64,000 nt of DNA from Octopus sinensis (GCF_006345805.1 NC_043017.1:6014001-6078000); one strand, 5' to 3'; counted from the first letter of the stretch, positions 25,251 to 37,639 are shown. Notes: a model not told the origin generated them from the sequence alone. Made by a program: numbers and translations.

Positions 25251-25508
25251 GTAAAGGTGAACTTTTACATATCAGAATGAAAAAGCAAGGAGGCTTTTTT
25301 TGTTTTCTTTTGTGTGAGTATTTCATACACCGGAATTACGATTCTCAAAGAATTTTCTACTAGAATTTTCAATGTTTTAGAAAGCCGTGCTCCAGCATGG
25401 CTGTAGCCAAGTGACTGACTCAAGAAAAAGAATATACACACACATTCTCTTTCCCTCTCTCTCTTCCCTCTCTCTCTTTCTCTCTCTCTCTTCCCCTCTC
25501 TCTTTCTT

Positions 25509-25540
<32 letters not shown>

Positions 25541-26043
25541 GCACATCGTCACGTCCTATAATAACTGACCAATAACTGATACAGGTCACCAACACAACCT
25601 CTACGAAGTGACCAGTGAATGATCAACAGATACAATAAAATAAAATTACACCAGTGACCAACTCACAGATGTACAACGAACATCATTTTGACACGTCACG
25701 ACGGTCGATAAATAAAGTACGAGCTCAGTGTGTTTGCGAATCCATCTCTCTCATTCTAGCTGATAAATATATTATGGTTATTCCAGTGGGCCAGAGATAA
25801 CAGGAGGGGAGCCGAGATGATGTCTGTGTCTATTCGCTATTACATGGCCATCAGAAAAACCATTAGCAGAAGGATGTTACATGCTGATAGCGAAAGATCC
25901 TCAATTGCTCGTAACGTCTGTATGCATTACTATGAAGCTATGAAGACATTACTAAACGACGGACACCATAATAAATATGGTGTGTGTTTGAAATGGCCTT
26001 CATGGCTATATCACAATAGATTATATACACGAGTGTGTTCGTG

Positions 26044-26075
<32 letters not shown>

Positions 26076-26560
26076 GTTGTGTAGAGAGAGCGAGAGATAT
26101 CGTACATGTAATGTTGTAGGTAGACTGGGCTGTCAGTGAGATAAAAACACGTGAATTGAATGGGAGAAAAATAAAGTGTGAATGAATGATTGAATGAATG
26201 AATGAGAGAATGACAGAATGATGGAATGACGGTGAGAATTAGAATTGCGGAAGAGAGAAAAGCTGGAGAACGTGATGAATGGATATGTACTATGAAAAGG
26301 AGGGAGAGTAAGACAATATAAATATTGTACATAGATAAATATATTGTAGATTGGTGGTGGTAGTGTGTGTCAGATAATGACTTAATGGAATATAGAAGAG
26401 TGGTGTAGAGAGGAGAAAACGAACAGAGTAGCCTGGTAGATGTTATAATAGGGTATAATGGAGGAACAGAGAACAGGGTTGTTAAGAATAGAACAGCTGG
26501 TAAGCGAACGGGTTAGATAACTGTACGAAGATAGAATATAGACATAGGAATATATATATA

Positions 26561-27057
26561 CTAGCAGTATCGCCCGGCGTTGCTCGGGTTTGTAAGGGAA
26601 ATAACTATATAAGCATTTTTAGTGAGTTATAGCAAAAAAATGCATTAAAAATGGAATAAAAAATTATGGTAATTTTGGTGTCTTCAAGCCATGAAGTTGT
26701 TGTTCTAAAAGAACGCTGGTCTCCTTGACAACGCTTTACGACGTTGATTTCCCTACACTCCCTTCCCCACAGCTTCACGAGGGAGGGAAGAAGGGGGAGA
26801 AGCAAACAGGTGCAGGTGTGACCATGGACGCCAACTCCGCCGCCATCGACCACGAAAAATTATCTTAAATGGAATAAAAAATGATGTTAAATTATTTTTA
26901 AAATTGTAGACTCATCGTAGACGCACGCTAATACCCAGACGGGCTCGATATGAATCACGACTATAAGATACCCGAATTTGGTTAAACTGCACCGCAAAAT
27001 GTGGGAGGAGTTAGGAATCTAAATCGTAGGAGATAGACACTCACACAACTACAGTTT

Positions 27058-27066
<9 letters not shown>
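26561..27066 (-). mobile_element. Non-autonomous Helitron
   Basis: Minus-strand 3' end: hairpin CCCGAGCAACGCCGGG (26573-26588), 8 nt, then CTAG followed by T; 5' end dissolves into (AT)/(CA) repeats. Confidence 0.75.
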
Positions 27067-27103
<37 letters not shown>

Positions 27104-27316
27104 CATGTATAGATATTGAGGAAAAGGAGGCAGTCAGAATTTTGGATAGTCTTTTGTTACCGCTTTCATTCGTTCACGAAATCGCCGTGACAAAAATCAA
27201 ATGACGAGTTCGTAAACGAGCGAAAGCGCTAATTAAGGTTTACCCTATGTTTGTTCTGACTGCGTCCTTTTTCTCAATATACAATATGTGTACACCACTT
27301 CAAACACACACACACT

Positions 27317-27361
<45 letters not shown>

Positions 27362-27418
27362 TCTCTCCCTCTGTCTCCCCCTCTCTCTCTTTCTCTCTCT
27401 GTATATATATATGCATGC

Positions 27419-27464
<46 letters not shown>

Positions 27465-27780
27465 TGGTAAAACGGTAAGATAATAAAAGAAAGAAAGAGA
27501 CCTCAATATTATGTAAATAGAAGAAATTTATCGCCTAACATCGGTTGAGGACTCTTACACACACAAGAATTTAATATGGATGCATATTACATAGATTATA
27601 TATATATATTGGAAGGTGTTTATAAGCCATTTAAAAAGCACACACACAGAAAGAAGCCTTTAAACTTCAGCATTTAAATTCAATTTGCGTCAAATATTTT
27701 CATCGCTTTGAAACCGCGACCTATTCACTGAGAAAATTTCGTACATACACACATACATACACGTACAAAAACACCCATAC

Positions 27781-27951
27781 ATATACGAGGGGCTTCTTTC
27801 TGTTTTCATCTTCTACAAAATTCACTCACAAGGATTTGGTCGCTCCGAGGCTATAATAGAAAACACTTTCTCAAGATGCCACGCTGTGGGACTGAACCTG
27901 GGACCATGTGCTTGAGAAGCAGATTTTTTACCACACGGCCATGCCTCCGCC
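27781..27951 (-). mobile_element. SINE family A, 5' half
   Basis: GGGCTTCTTTC...GGGACTGAACC. Confidence 0.8.
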
Positions 27952-28204
27952 ATAAATATGAAAACGAAAGTCAACACATACATCCAGTAGTTTCGTAAAA
28001 ATCTAAGGATGGTCTCTGGTTGCTTAAAGTAAATTGGTTTTGGCTGTTGAAGCTTTTATATCCGACGAAGATGTTTTTATTTGTTGCAACCTCGGCAATA
28101 AAAAAGCCGCTCGCACCACTTTATTCAGAAGATGAGGTTGAGAATGTATTAAAAAGTTAATGTACGTATGGAACGTTTGTTCGAAAGTAAACATGAAGAT
28201 TTAA

Positions 28205-28542
28205 CAATGGTTTCAAATTTTGCCACAAGGGTAGACATTTTGGAGGAGTGAATATGTCGATTGCATCGACCCCAGTGTTCAACTGGTACTTAATTTATCG
28301 ACCCTGAAAGGATGAAAGGCAAAGTCGACGTCGGCGGAATTTGAACTCAGAAAGTAACGACAGTCACACGGATTAAGTCAATTATATCGACCCCAGTGCG
28401 TAACTGGTACTTATTTAATCGACCCCGAAAGGATGAAAGGCAAAGTCGACCTCGGCGGAATTTGAACGCAGAACGTAACGGCAGACGAAATGCGGCTAGG
28501 CATTTCGCCTGGCGTGCAAACGTTTCTGCCAGCTCGCCGCCT
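28205..28542 (-). mobile_element. SINE family B, dimeric body
   Basis: Two cores (~28300, ~28425), one head. Confidence 0.88.
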
Positions 28543-28609
28543 TATGAATATTCAATAACGATACACGAAAACCTAGTAATATGAATTACACACACATACA
28601 CACACACAT

Positions 28610-28761
28610 GACTGGCTTCTTTCAGTTTCCGTCGACCAAATCCACTTCTAAGCCCGAGGATACGGTAGAAGACACTTGCCCAAGGTACCACGCAGTCGGA
28701 TTGAACCCAGAACCATGTGGTTGGAAAGCAAGCTTCTTACCACACAGCCACGCCAGCGCCT
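28610..28761 (-). mobile_element. SINE family A, 5' half
   Basis: Head-to-head with the next copy. Confidence 0.8.
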
Positions 28762-28782
28762 ATTTATATATATATATATATA

Positions 28783-29157
28783 TGGTACAGGCTTGGCTGT
28801 GTGGTAAGAAGCTTCCTTCTCAACCACATGGTTCTGGGTTCAATCCGACTGCGTGGCACCTTGGACCTGTCTTTTACTTTATAGCCTTGGGCCGACCAAA
28901 ACCTTAGGAGTGGATATGGTGGACGGAAACTGAAAGAAGCTCGTCGTGTATATATATATAATGTGTGTGTGTTTTGTTTCTGTTTCCCTGCCGCTTGATA
29001 ACCGGTGTTGCTGTGTTTATGTCCCTGTAACTTAGCAGTTCGGCGAAAGAGAACCGATAGAATAAGTACTGGGGTCGATTCATGCGACTAAAAATTTTTT
29101 CAGGGCGGTGCCGCAGCATGGCCGCAGTCAAATGACTGAAACAAGTTAAAAGATAAA
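28783..29157 (+). mobile_element. SINE family A
   Basis: TTGGCTGTGTGGTAAG head to GACTGAAACAAG tail. Confidence 0.88.
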
Positions 29158-29814
29158 AGACACGTAAAACCTTAAGCAATTCCCCACAAACAACCCTCAC
29201 CCACCCTGCTCCAAGAGCCATCTTTACTTAAATAGAAAGATCCTTGCTACTTTGTTAGTAACCGGTTTAAATCCTGCAAAAGGAAAAGGCTTTGCAAAGA
29301 AACAAACACGAAACAGAAGAGAAATATCGTGTAAAGCTACAGAGATTTGTTGCCCGGCAGATGAGAACAGCTTCTCTAAAAATCAATGCGGAAGAAGAGA
29401 TTGTTAACGGACAACTGCTTCGAAACCAATAGCTTATCTCTCCTGATTATACATTCGTATTCATATCGATAATTTCTGGTGCTCTTGACTATGGTAGTAT
29501 ATATATATATATGTATATGTGTGTTGAAGTGTTAATCTCGAAAATCTAAGGTTTTCAGGCAAATAAAATGAGCTGTTAACAAGCGCTTAGCAAATACAGT
29601 CAACGTTGTGTGTAAGAGGAACAATAAAAGTATGCGAGATAAAATTTTTGATGTCCTAAGTATAGGTCTTCACTATTGCTGTTTTGTTGTTGTTGTTGTT
29701 GTTGATGTTACCTAAATTTCATGGAAGATGTGTTTCTTAGAAACGTGTCTCTTCTTTAGAAGAAAATTCGAACAATTTAAAAGAAGAAAAAATAGCACAT
29801 TCACGTGCATATAT

Positions 29815-29995
29815 AAGTTATCGGTGCATGGTAAGAAGCTTACTTCCCCCCCCCCCCCACATAAGTGGTTTCGGACTCAGCCGCCCCCCACTGGGTGGCA
29901 CATTGGGTAAAAGACTTCTGTGATAGCCAAGGACCGACAAATGCCTTGTGAGTGGATTTGGTAGACGGAATGTGAAAGAAGCCCGTCGCGTGCAC
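29815..29995 (+). mobile_element. SINE family A, decayed 5' half
   Basis: GCCTTGTGAGTGGATTTGGTAGACGGAA. Confidence 0.7.
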
Positions 29996-30704
29996 GTATG
30001 TATATATGTGGGGTTATATCTCTGTGTGCGTGCGCGTATGTGTATATATGTGTGTGCATATGTATGTGTGGTGTGTGTATATATAGGTGTGCGTGTGTAT
30101 ATATATGTGTGTACGTGTGTGTGTGTATATATATAGGTGTGCGTGTGTATATATATATATATATGTGTGTGTACGTGTGTGTGTATGTATATATATATAT
30201 ATGTGTGCGTGTGTATATATATCTCTGTGTGTGTATATGTGTGCGTGTGTGATTTGTGCCGTAAACCATTTACCATTTTTGTGGTTCCCCCTTTGATGCT
30301 CAAAGTACGTGCTTATTTTGTTTGATGGTTAATCCAGCGCTGGTTACACATATAAACCATTCGATATATACGAGCCATCCACCAAAACCCCCATCACACT
30401 GCAGAACCCCTGTACCCTCCTCAGCCAACACCATCTGTTACGAGTCCCCCTTGCATTTCTTTAAATTTCCCACTCTGAAGATTCTTACTGTGGATGCAAC
30501 TGATAGTTACTGCAAAGCTCTGAATCTTCCAATTTCGCCGCAATTAACTACAATCTACAATTCTATTGAGTTCTGCTTTTTTTTCTGACAGATAAAGGAA
30601 TTTAGTGCGAGCAATCATCTCTTCTATATGAATATATCTGTGTGCGTATGTATATATGTGTATGGGGGTGGATATAATAGATATATGCGTGTGTATGGGG
30701 GTCG

Positions 30705-30838
30705 GCTGAAGTGTTCATTGCGCAGAATCTTCTCGATTCTCTCACGGGATATTCTAATAGGATTGGCAATTTGATTTATTTTCAATCGCTGTCATCCATC
30801 ACCATGTCGTGAACAAGATCAGTGTTTTTTTCTCGTTG
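30705..30838 (-). pseudogene. Mariner transposase HTH fragment
   Basis: Approximate minus-strand reading NEK..DLVHDMVMDD...KINQIANPIRISRERIEKILRNE, allowing frameshifts. Confidence 0.7.
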
Positions 30839-31234
30839 GTGGTTGTTGCAGAACGTTCAGACCTTGGCTCCGATTCAAGATGCCCCCCCCCACCTCCTCC
30901 CTACGCCCCCTATCTGCAGCTGCCCGCTTTTGCACTGTTCATAAAACTGCAGCAGCATCCCCCCCGTGGCAACAAACATGTTAGCATGAATGTCCTTGGG
31001 GGGTGGGGAGTTGAACCCTTTAATTGCAAGTACTTGATAACATCACGAAGCCAGTTTGGGTCCATTTTAAAAAGAAGTCGCTACTCATTAATTCTGAAGC
31101 CTTCTTTGAACAAGCAGATGTCAATTTACCTGGGGAAAAAACAGGTAATTATTAATAAAAAAGCGTTGAAATGAATGCATGCAAGATTTCACAGCTCTAG
31201 CATCACTCCTTCATAGTCAGCCAATCAACTTTTC

Positions 31235-31540
31235 AGCCTTTTCTATGGCTATGGTGGTGTGATACCAGTCATAGTGTCACGGGTTCGATTCCTAAAACAG
31301 ATGGTACATAGTGTCTTTCAACAAAGAGCTTCATTTCCCATAACTCTTATCTACTCAGGTGAAAATGGCTACCAATGGACGGTGGAGCAGTTCCTACACC
31401 TTCGCTCGATGTTCTTTTGCTGGGTCAAAAGTAGAAGGACAGAGAGGTTTTCTTATGTCAGGTCGTGGCAACACAAGCATCCAAAAGACTTGGTCAAAGA
31501 ATGGTACCAGCGACCGGGTTTTACTCGCTTGCGAGTAGCG
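31235..31540 (+). mobile_element. Old tRNA-derived SINE (family G)
   Basis: B box GGGTTCGATTCC and core-like CTACTCAGGTGAAAATGGCTACC; no second copy seen in the window. Confidence 0.45.
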
Positions 31541-31629
31541 GTTAAAATTTATTTACATACAGGTACATACGTGTGTATATGATTATGTATATATGTGTGT
31601 GTGTGTTTGCATGTATATACGTGTATTTA

Positions 31630-31674
<45 letters not shown>

Positions 31675-31777
31675 CTTATGAGTGTGTATATGCCTGAGTG
31701 TAAATTGTATACATATATACATATATATACATATATATACATACAATTTACCCATCGCAGCCTTACACACAACACAC

Positions 31778-31819
<42 letters not shown>

Positions 31820-32254
31820 ATAATATATATATATACACAGGTGCGATGGGTAAATTATATATACATATGTCTGCGTGGACATGAGCATGTATATGTATTC
31901 GTGCTATATATATAAAGCATTTATATATGTATATGCATATATGTATGTAGTGTATATATACATATATATATATATAATATATATATATATATATAATATA
32001 TATGTGTGTGTTTGTATGTATATATGCGTATGCTGTGTATAAATATTTGTGTATAAGGTTACTACATACGGATACACGTGTGTCGCAACCTCCGCTTATC
32101 TCTGTCCGCAAATATTACCTTCTTCTATCTCGACGTTAAGTCAAGTACCATTCCCCTTAATATCTTATCTCCATTCCACTTGCATCGTTCTCTATCTTTT
32201 CATACAAATACCAATGCATTCATTGCTCCCGCCCTTTCTTTTAATAGACATCTA

Positions 32255-32312
<58 letters not shown>

Positions 32313-32662
32313 TTGTTATTGCCGTCTATTTATCTATTTATCTGTCTTCCTCGCTCAATAGAGTTATATCTGTGTGTAGTGTCATTACCGCATTTTGTAT
32401 ATCCTATTATTGAATAATGTATTGATAGAGACGTTGATAGATAAGTGTAGTTTGTATGAGTGTGTGTTTATGGTGGTGGTGGTGGCGTGGGTCTTCGGAT
32501 GTCTGGTTGAAAAGTGTGTGTGTGCGTGTGTGTGTCTGTATAATATACATGTACATACACATACGTTTGCCAATGCACAAAAAAACTGAATTCCGATGAC
32601 ATAATTTAAATCGACATTTAGATATCGTTTCCAAGAAATACAAAATGCACACACAACACATA

Positions 32663-32707
<45 letters not shown>

Positions 32708-32792
32708 TCTCCATGATAGATTGGTAGCCACTACACTTTTTTCACTTCTTTTTTTTTCTCTCCTTGTTTCTTCCTTGTTTTTTTCTGTGTCC

Positions 32793-32828
32793 CTTTCTGT
32801 AGAAGAGCGTAGGCTCGAAACGTAAAAG
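32793..32828 (+). ncRNA. Minimal type-I hammerhead-like motif (A6U core variant)
   Basis: CTTT-CTGTAGA-A-GAGC(GTAG)GCTC-GAAAC-GTA-AAAG: stem I CTTT/AAAG, stem II GAGC/GCTC, palindromic stem III ACGT. Confidence 0.7.
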
Positions 32829-32996
32829 ACTTTTTCTATTCCTGAGCGTTATACTAATACATCTGTTTGTTTTGTACACCACCTGTCTTCGTCTTTTGTT
32901 TTTTCGTAAACTCTCCCCCTATATATATATCCTTTCGTATACCGTTGGCGATTTTTTTCCTCTGTCTTCCCTTCTCTGGATCTTTCCTTCTCCTAT

Positions 32997-33031
32997 GTTT
33001 CCGACGAAGAGCTCCGCTCGAAACGTTAAAC
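32997..33031 (+). ncRNA. Minimal type-I hammerhead-like motif (U4C core variant)
   Basis: GTTT-CCGACGA-A-GAGC(TCC)GCTC-GAAAC-GTT-AAAC: stem I GTTT/AAAC covaries with the first motif. Confidence 0.7.
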
Positions 33032-33294
33032 CCTCCATCTTTCCTTCTTTCCTGAGCGTCCAATAATACTATATTTGTTCCACGTCCTCGCGTTGTTGTG
33101 GGTTTTTTTGTGCTTTCTTGTTTGGATTAACTTATATATATATTTTATATATATATATATAATATCTAATATATATTTATTTAATGTCTGTTTGTGGTGG
33201 AGTAAGACGGCTTCTTACGCAGATATTTCAAGAATCCAAGAATATCCTGTGCATAAGTTTCTTCTGAGTGGATAAAGGGTTGCACAACACGAAA

Positions 33295-33458
33295 AAACCC
33301 AAAAGACGAAGGCAGGTGGTGTACAAAACAAACAGATGTATTAGTATAACGCTCAGGAATAGAAAAAGTCTTTTACGTTTCGAGCCTACGCTCTTCTACA
33401 GAAAGAAACAAGGAGAGAAAAAAATGTGTGTAGTGGCTAACGATCTATCATGGCGACT
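33295..33458 (-). mobile_element. Inverted copy of the first pLTR remnant (hammerhead motif at 33370-33405)
   Basis: Reverse complement of ~32706-32900 with a short indel. Confidence 0.85.
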
Positions 33459-34232
33459 ACAGTTTCAAATAGACCTGCGCGTATTTCTGAGATGGCATTG
33501 GTTACAGGTTTCTAATAAGACAATCGCTAGTTCACTGCATTCATCGATAAGAAAGCAAGGGATTGCCCTTACAAGTCGGACTGGAAAAATCCCACCGTGT
33601 CATTTTTGTGCCAATGCACTGTATTCTCCGCTCGTCACCGATGTTAATATTGCTCAGACTTTTTAAAACTGAATCAATAGCAACGATTCCGCCATTGCTA
33701 TCTCCGCACTTCTTCCACGACTCACCACACGCTTCTTCCTTCATTTAAAATGTTTTCTGTGAATAATTCCTATAAGACAGGCCCCCGCAGTTGATCAGCT
33801 CTTGTTTCCCCACCTATCTTTCACAGCTTTTAATCCCCCAACGCAGTTCTAAGTGTACAAATTCTTGCTATTTTTAATTGCTTTCATTTTGTTATAGTAC
33901 TGACGATATAAATACTTTTTCCTGCAATCAATTTTACATCGTTTTTCATAGATTTTTTTTTAGTTTTGGTTTTGCATTAAAATTTTCTGTTTTTCTTTTC
34001 CTTTCCTTTAAATGTTCCGATTTAATTAACTTGTTCATGCAAGAATGATCAAAACCTTTTTTGCATGCCGCTGCTTCGTAGTTTCCCCTCCTCTCTTTAG
34101 CATAAGCGTTTCAGATCCAGTAACGGTAGATGAATAAGGGATTCTTAAATCTCAGCATTGTGCACCGATTTATTACCGTTAGCAATTCGCAAAAATTCGC
34201 ACGCATCTCACACTCTCTCCACCGCAAAAGGC

Positions 34233-34373
34233 TTATGACGTCATACGATTAAACTTATAGAATTGTATGTCCTGTGGTCATGTCATTATCATTAAACATG
34301 TAGAATTATTTTTTGACGTCAGAGAGCCATGTCACTAAACATGTAGAGTTACGTGTTCTTATATCATCTTCTC

Positions 34374-34409
<36 letters not shown>

Positions 34410-34796
34410 AATAAATATGTAGAATTGAACCTTCACATGTCATAACCTTCACACCTCTAAAGATGTAGGATTAAAAATTCTAATGACACAATCTCCATCT
34501 CAACAAATATGAAGGGTTACAGTTTATGACGTCACAATCTTCGCACTACAAAACATGGAGAATTAAGCGTTATGATGTCAATGATCACTCCACTAAACAT
34601 GTAGAATTAAACATTATGACGTCACAGTCTGCAGACCACTAATCATATAGAAGTAAACGTTATGATGTCGCAATCTTCACATTCTTAAAAATAGAATTAA
34701 ACATTATGACGTCACAATCTTCACGCTACTAGACGTGCAGAATTAAACTTTATGACGTCATAATCTTCACACCACTAAACATGGAGGATTAAACGT
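34233..34796. repeat. Degenerate ~45-bp minisatellite carrying CRE palindromes
   Basis: Unit TATGACGTCACAATCTTCACACCACTAAACATGTAGAATTAAAC; TGACGTCA at 34236, 34314, 34527, 34617, 34707, 34753; variants at 34573, 34663. Confidence 0.88.
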
Positions 34797-34944
34797 AGAA
34801 TTATATGTTCTAACTTAAGCCAGAACAGGACGATCTGCAACTGGATGTGAACACTTACCTTAGGGACCAAATGCCCAATAACTTACCCGTACATCCGTTC
34901 CCCTCTGCGTGTCCCCTTTAATTATACAAGCATTCGAAGGAGCA

Positions 34945-35148
34945 ACCTCGTGGTCGCTCGACTTATTAGAAATCGTAGCTAATTCTTTCACAAATAATTA
35001 ACACACCTACAGTGTTTAAAATTGAAGTATAAAACACAATGGGTAATGCAGCCTTGTCTGGAGAGCAAAAATGGACGGCACGGATGGAACGTCTTTTGAC
35101 TATAAGTCCACATGACCAGAGCTGTGGTTAAACAACAAGAGCAACAGT
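34945..35148 (+). mobile_element. SINE family F
   Basis: GTGGTCGCTCGACTTATTAGAAAT...TAAACAACAAGAGCAACA. Confidence 0.6.
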
Positions 35149-35859
35149 CACTTGCGTCTTCATTTCTCCAAGATATTTATTGCATTGCTTCGAGATTCCT
35201 TTAAACGGGAACAGTTGCTTGTATAAACGTAACTGTTGGTTCGAATGTCACGCATTACTACAATTAGTTTCCTCTATAAATAGCCCCACGGTCAAACTCA
35301 ATGTCACAACTATCCTGCTTATAGCCTCTATATAAATGCTGACACCTTCCTATGTCCCGAAGTACTACAAACACCAAACTTCTTACTTTAGTTCTTTTGC
35401 TTTCCAAATTCATATACTACCAGAAACAATTTTACTTTTAATTTGCTCCGAGTGGATAATATTGCTCAGATCAGACTAACTACATCAAAGTATTAACTAA
35501 CTAATGCTAGTAATATTATTTAACTTGCGCAGACTAATTGTGTTAAGTAGCATTGGGTAATATTATTAACTGATACTGAATATTAATGTTAATTAGCATG
35601 TACAGGCAATACAGTTAATTAACTTGTATGGGTTAATATTATTAACTAGTATTGGAGAAAAGTATTAACTGGTATTTGGTATAAACATAAATTAATTGGT
35701 ATTGGGTAAAAGTTTTAATTAACTTGTACTGAATAAGAAGTCATTAATTGGTATTGCATGAAAATATTAATTATTATGCTCGGTAAAAACTAATTAAATT
35801 GTAGGCGGTAAAAATACTGATTAACCAATACGTGATGAACTCATTGTTACTTCTGTCTT

Positions 35860-36078
35860 TAGTTGTTTCATTCATGAGAATGCGACCATGCTGGGGCACC
35901 CCTTTGAAGAATTTTTAGTCGAACGAATCGACTACAGTACTTAAATGTTTATTTTTTTAGGCTTGGCACTTATTCTATCGGTTTCATTTTGCCAAAATAC
36001 TAAGTTACGAGGACGTAAATACGTCAGCACCGGTTGCCAAATGGTGGTGTTGGTGGCGAAACAAACACAGAAACAAAG

Positions 36079-36112
<34 letters not shown>

Positions 36113-36608
36113 CACACATATATATATATATAGATAATATATATATATATATATATATACGAAAGGCGGCAAGCTGGCAGAATGGTTAGCACTCCGGGCG
36201 AAATACGTAGCCGTATTTCGTCTGCCGTTACGTTCTGAGTTCAAATTCCGCCAAGGTCATCTTTGCCTTTGATTCTTTCGGGGTCGATAAATTAAGTACC
36301 AGTTACGCACTGGGGTCAATATAATCGACTTAATCCGTTTGTTTGTCCTTGTTTGTCCCCTCTGTGTTTAGCCCCTTGTGGGTAGTAAAGAAATATATAT
36401 ACATATATATATGGATAGATAGATACACACAGACACACGACGGGCTTCTTTCAAGTTCCATCTGCCAAATCCACTCGCATGGCTTTAGTAAGCCCGTGGC
36501 TTCAGTAGAAATCACTTGCTACTACGCGCCCAAGGTGCCACGCCGTGGGATTGAAACACTATGTCGACGGGAAGCGTACTTTCTTACCACACAGCCACGC
36601 CTGCGCCT
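35860..36608 (-). mobile_element. SINE family A split by a family-B insertion in its internal (AT)n
   Basis: Tail half 35860-36070, head half 36435-36608. Confidence 0.8.
36164..36393 (+). mobile_element. SINE family B nested in SINE A
   Basis: AAGGCGGCAAGCTGGCAGAATGG head to GGGTAGTAAAGAAATA tail. Confidence 0.92.
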
Positions 36609-36849
36609 TACTGGATAAAAACTGATTAACGTGTACTGGGTAAAAATATTAATTAACCAGCACTTGGTGAAAACGTTAATTAATTGGTACTAGATGAAAA
36701 AACAAATATTAATCAACTGGTAATGCGTTAAAATATTACATTGCTTGGATTGGGCAATAACGGAAAAATAGTAAAAATCGATCGAGTTTGTGGATTGGTT
36801 TCTGGATCAGTGGTGATCGATCTTTTCGTAAGGTGGGGGCCGAAAATAG

Positions 36850-36851
36850 AT

Positions 36852-36882
<31 letters not shown>

Positions 36883-37560
36883 GGTGGTAGTGGTCATGAA
36901 GAGAGGTCTATGTACAATAACCTTACAAACATGAGCAACTCGTTGTTTTCTTAATATATCCAATGTGTCTGTCCTTGATTTATAAAGATACGGTGTGGCT
37001 GAGGGAGATTTGGCTGCTATTTCTTAACAAGTCCAATGACGGTATTATTAAAACAAGGGCGACGGTGAAGATGGTGGTGGTGATGGTGGTGACAACGGGG
37101 ATGACAATGGTGATGGCGATGATGGTAGACGTGGTGGCGGTGGTGGATGTGGTGATAGTGATGATGGCTGTGTTGGCGGTGGTGATGATGATGGCGGTGG
37201 CGGTGTTGATGCATATGATGTTAATAGCGGTGGTGATGAGTGTGGCGGTAGTGATGGCGGCGGTGGTGGTGATGATGGTGATGATGGTAGCTGTGTTGTT
37301 GTGGTGGTGGCGGTAGTGATGGCGGCGGTGGTGGTGATGATGGTGATGATGATGATGATAATGCTGGTGGTGTTGATAATGATGGTAATATTGATGATGG
37401 CGGCGGTGGTTGCAAAGACTGTGGCGGCGGCGTCGATCATGATGGTATTGGAGATGATAGGTGGTGGTGGCGGTGATGATATCAGAGATGACGATGATGA
37501 CGATGATGATGATGATGATTACGAGATTGCTGCTGTTGCTGTTGCTGTCTCAGAGGAGTT
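36850..37560. repeat. (GGT/GAT/GGC)n trinucleotide block
   Basis: Direct reading. Confidence 0.85.
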
Positions 37561-37606
37561 TATAACCAGTTGTGTTTTGTGGTGGCGCTAATGTTGTTTG
37601 GTGTTC

Positions 37607-37639
<33 letters not shown>

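Larger units (their letters stand above)
32706..33130 (+). mobile_element. Two tandem Penelope-type pLTR remnants
   Basis: Each carries a hammerhead motif followed by CCTGAGCGT...AATAC; separated by (TA)n. Confidence 0.7.
35470..36740. repeat. Degenerate ~27-bp AT-rich minisatellite (GGTAAAA-TATTAATTAAC-TGGTATT), split by nested SINEs at 35860-36608
   Basis: Same unit visible at 35470-35830 and 36610-36740. Confidence 0.7.

Noticed and set aside
30809-31174. 121-aa ORF and opposing splice-like sites near 31131-31145
   Set aside because: Starts inside a mariner remnant; neither strand gives a recognisable peptide or a consistent exon.
34030-34130. Possible mariner fragment (VTGSET...HAKKVL, minus strand)
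   Set aside because: Similarity too weak and spacing wrong.
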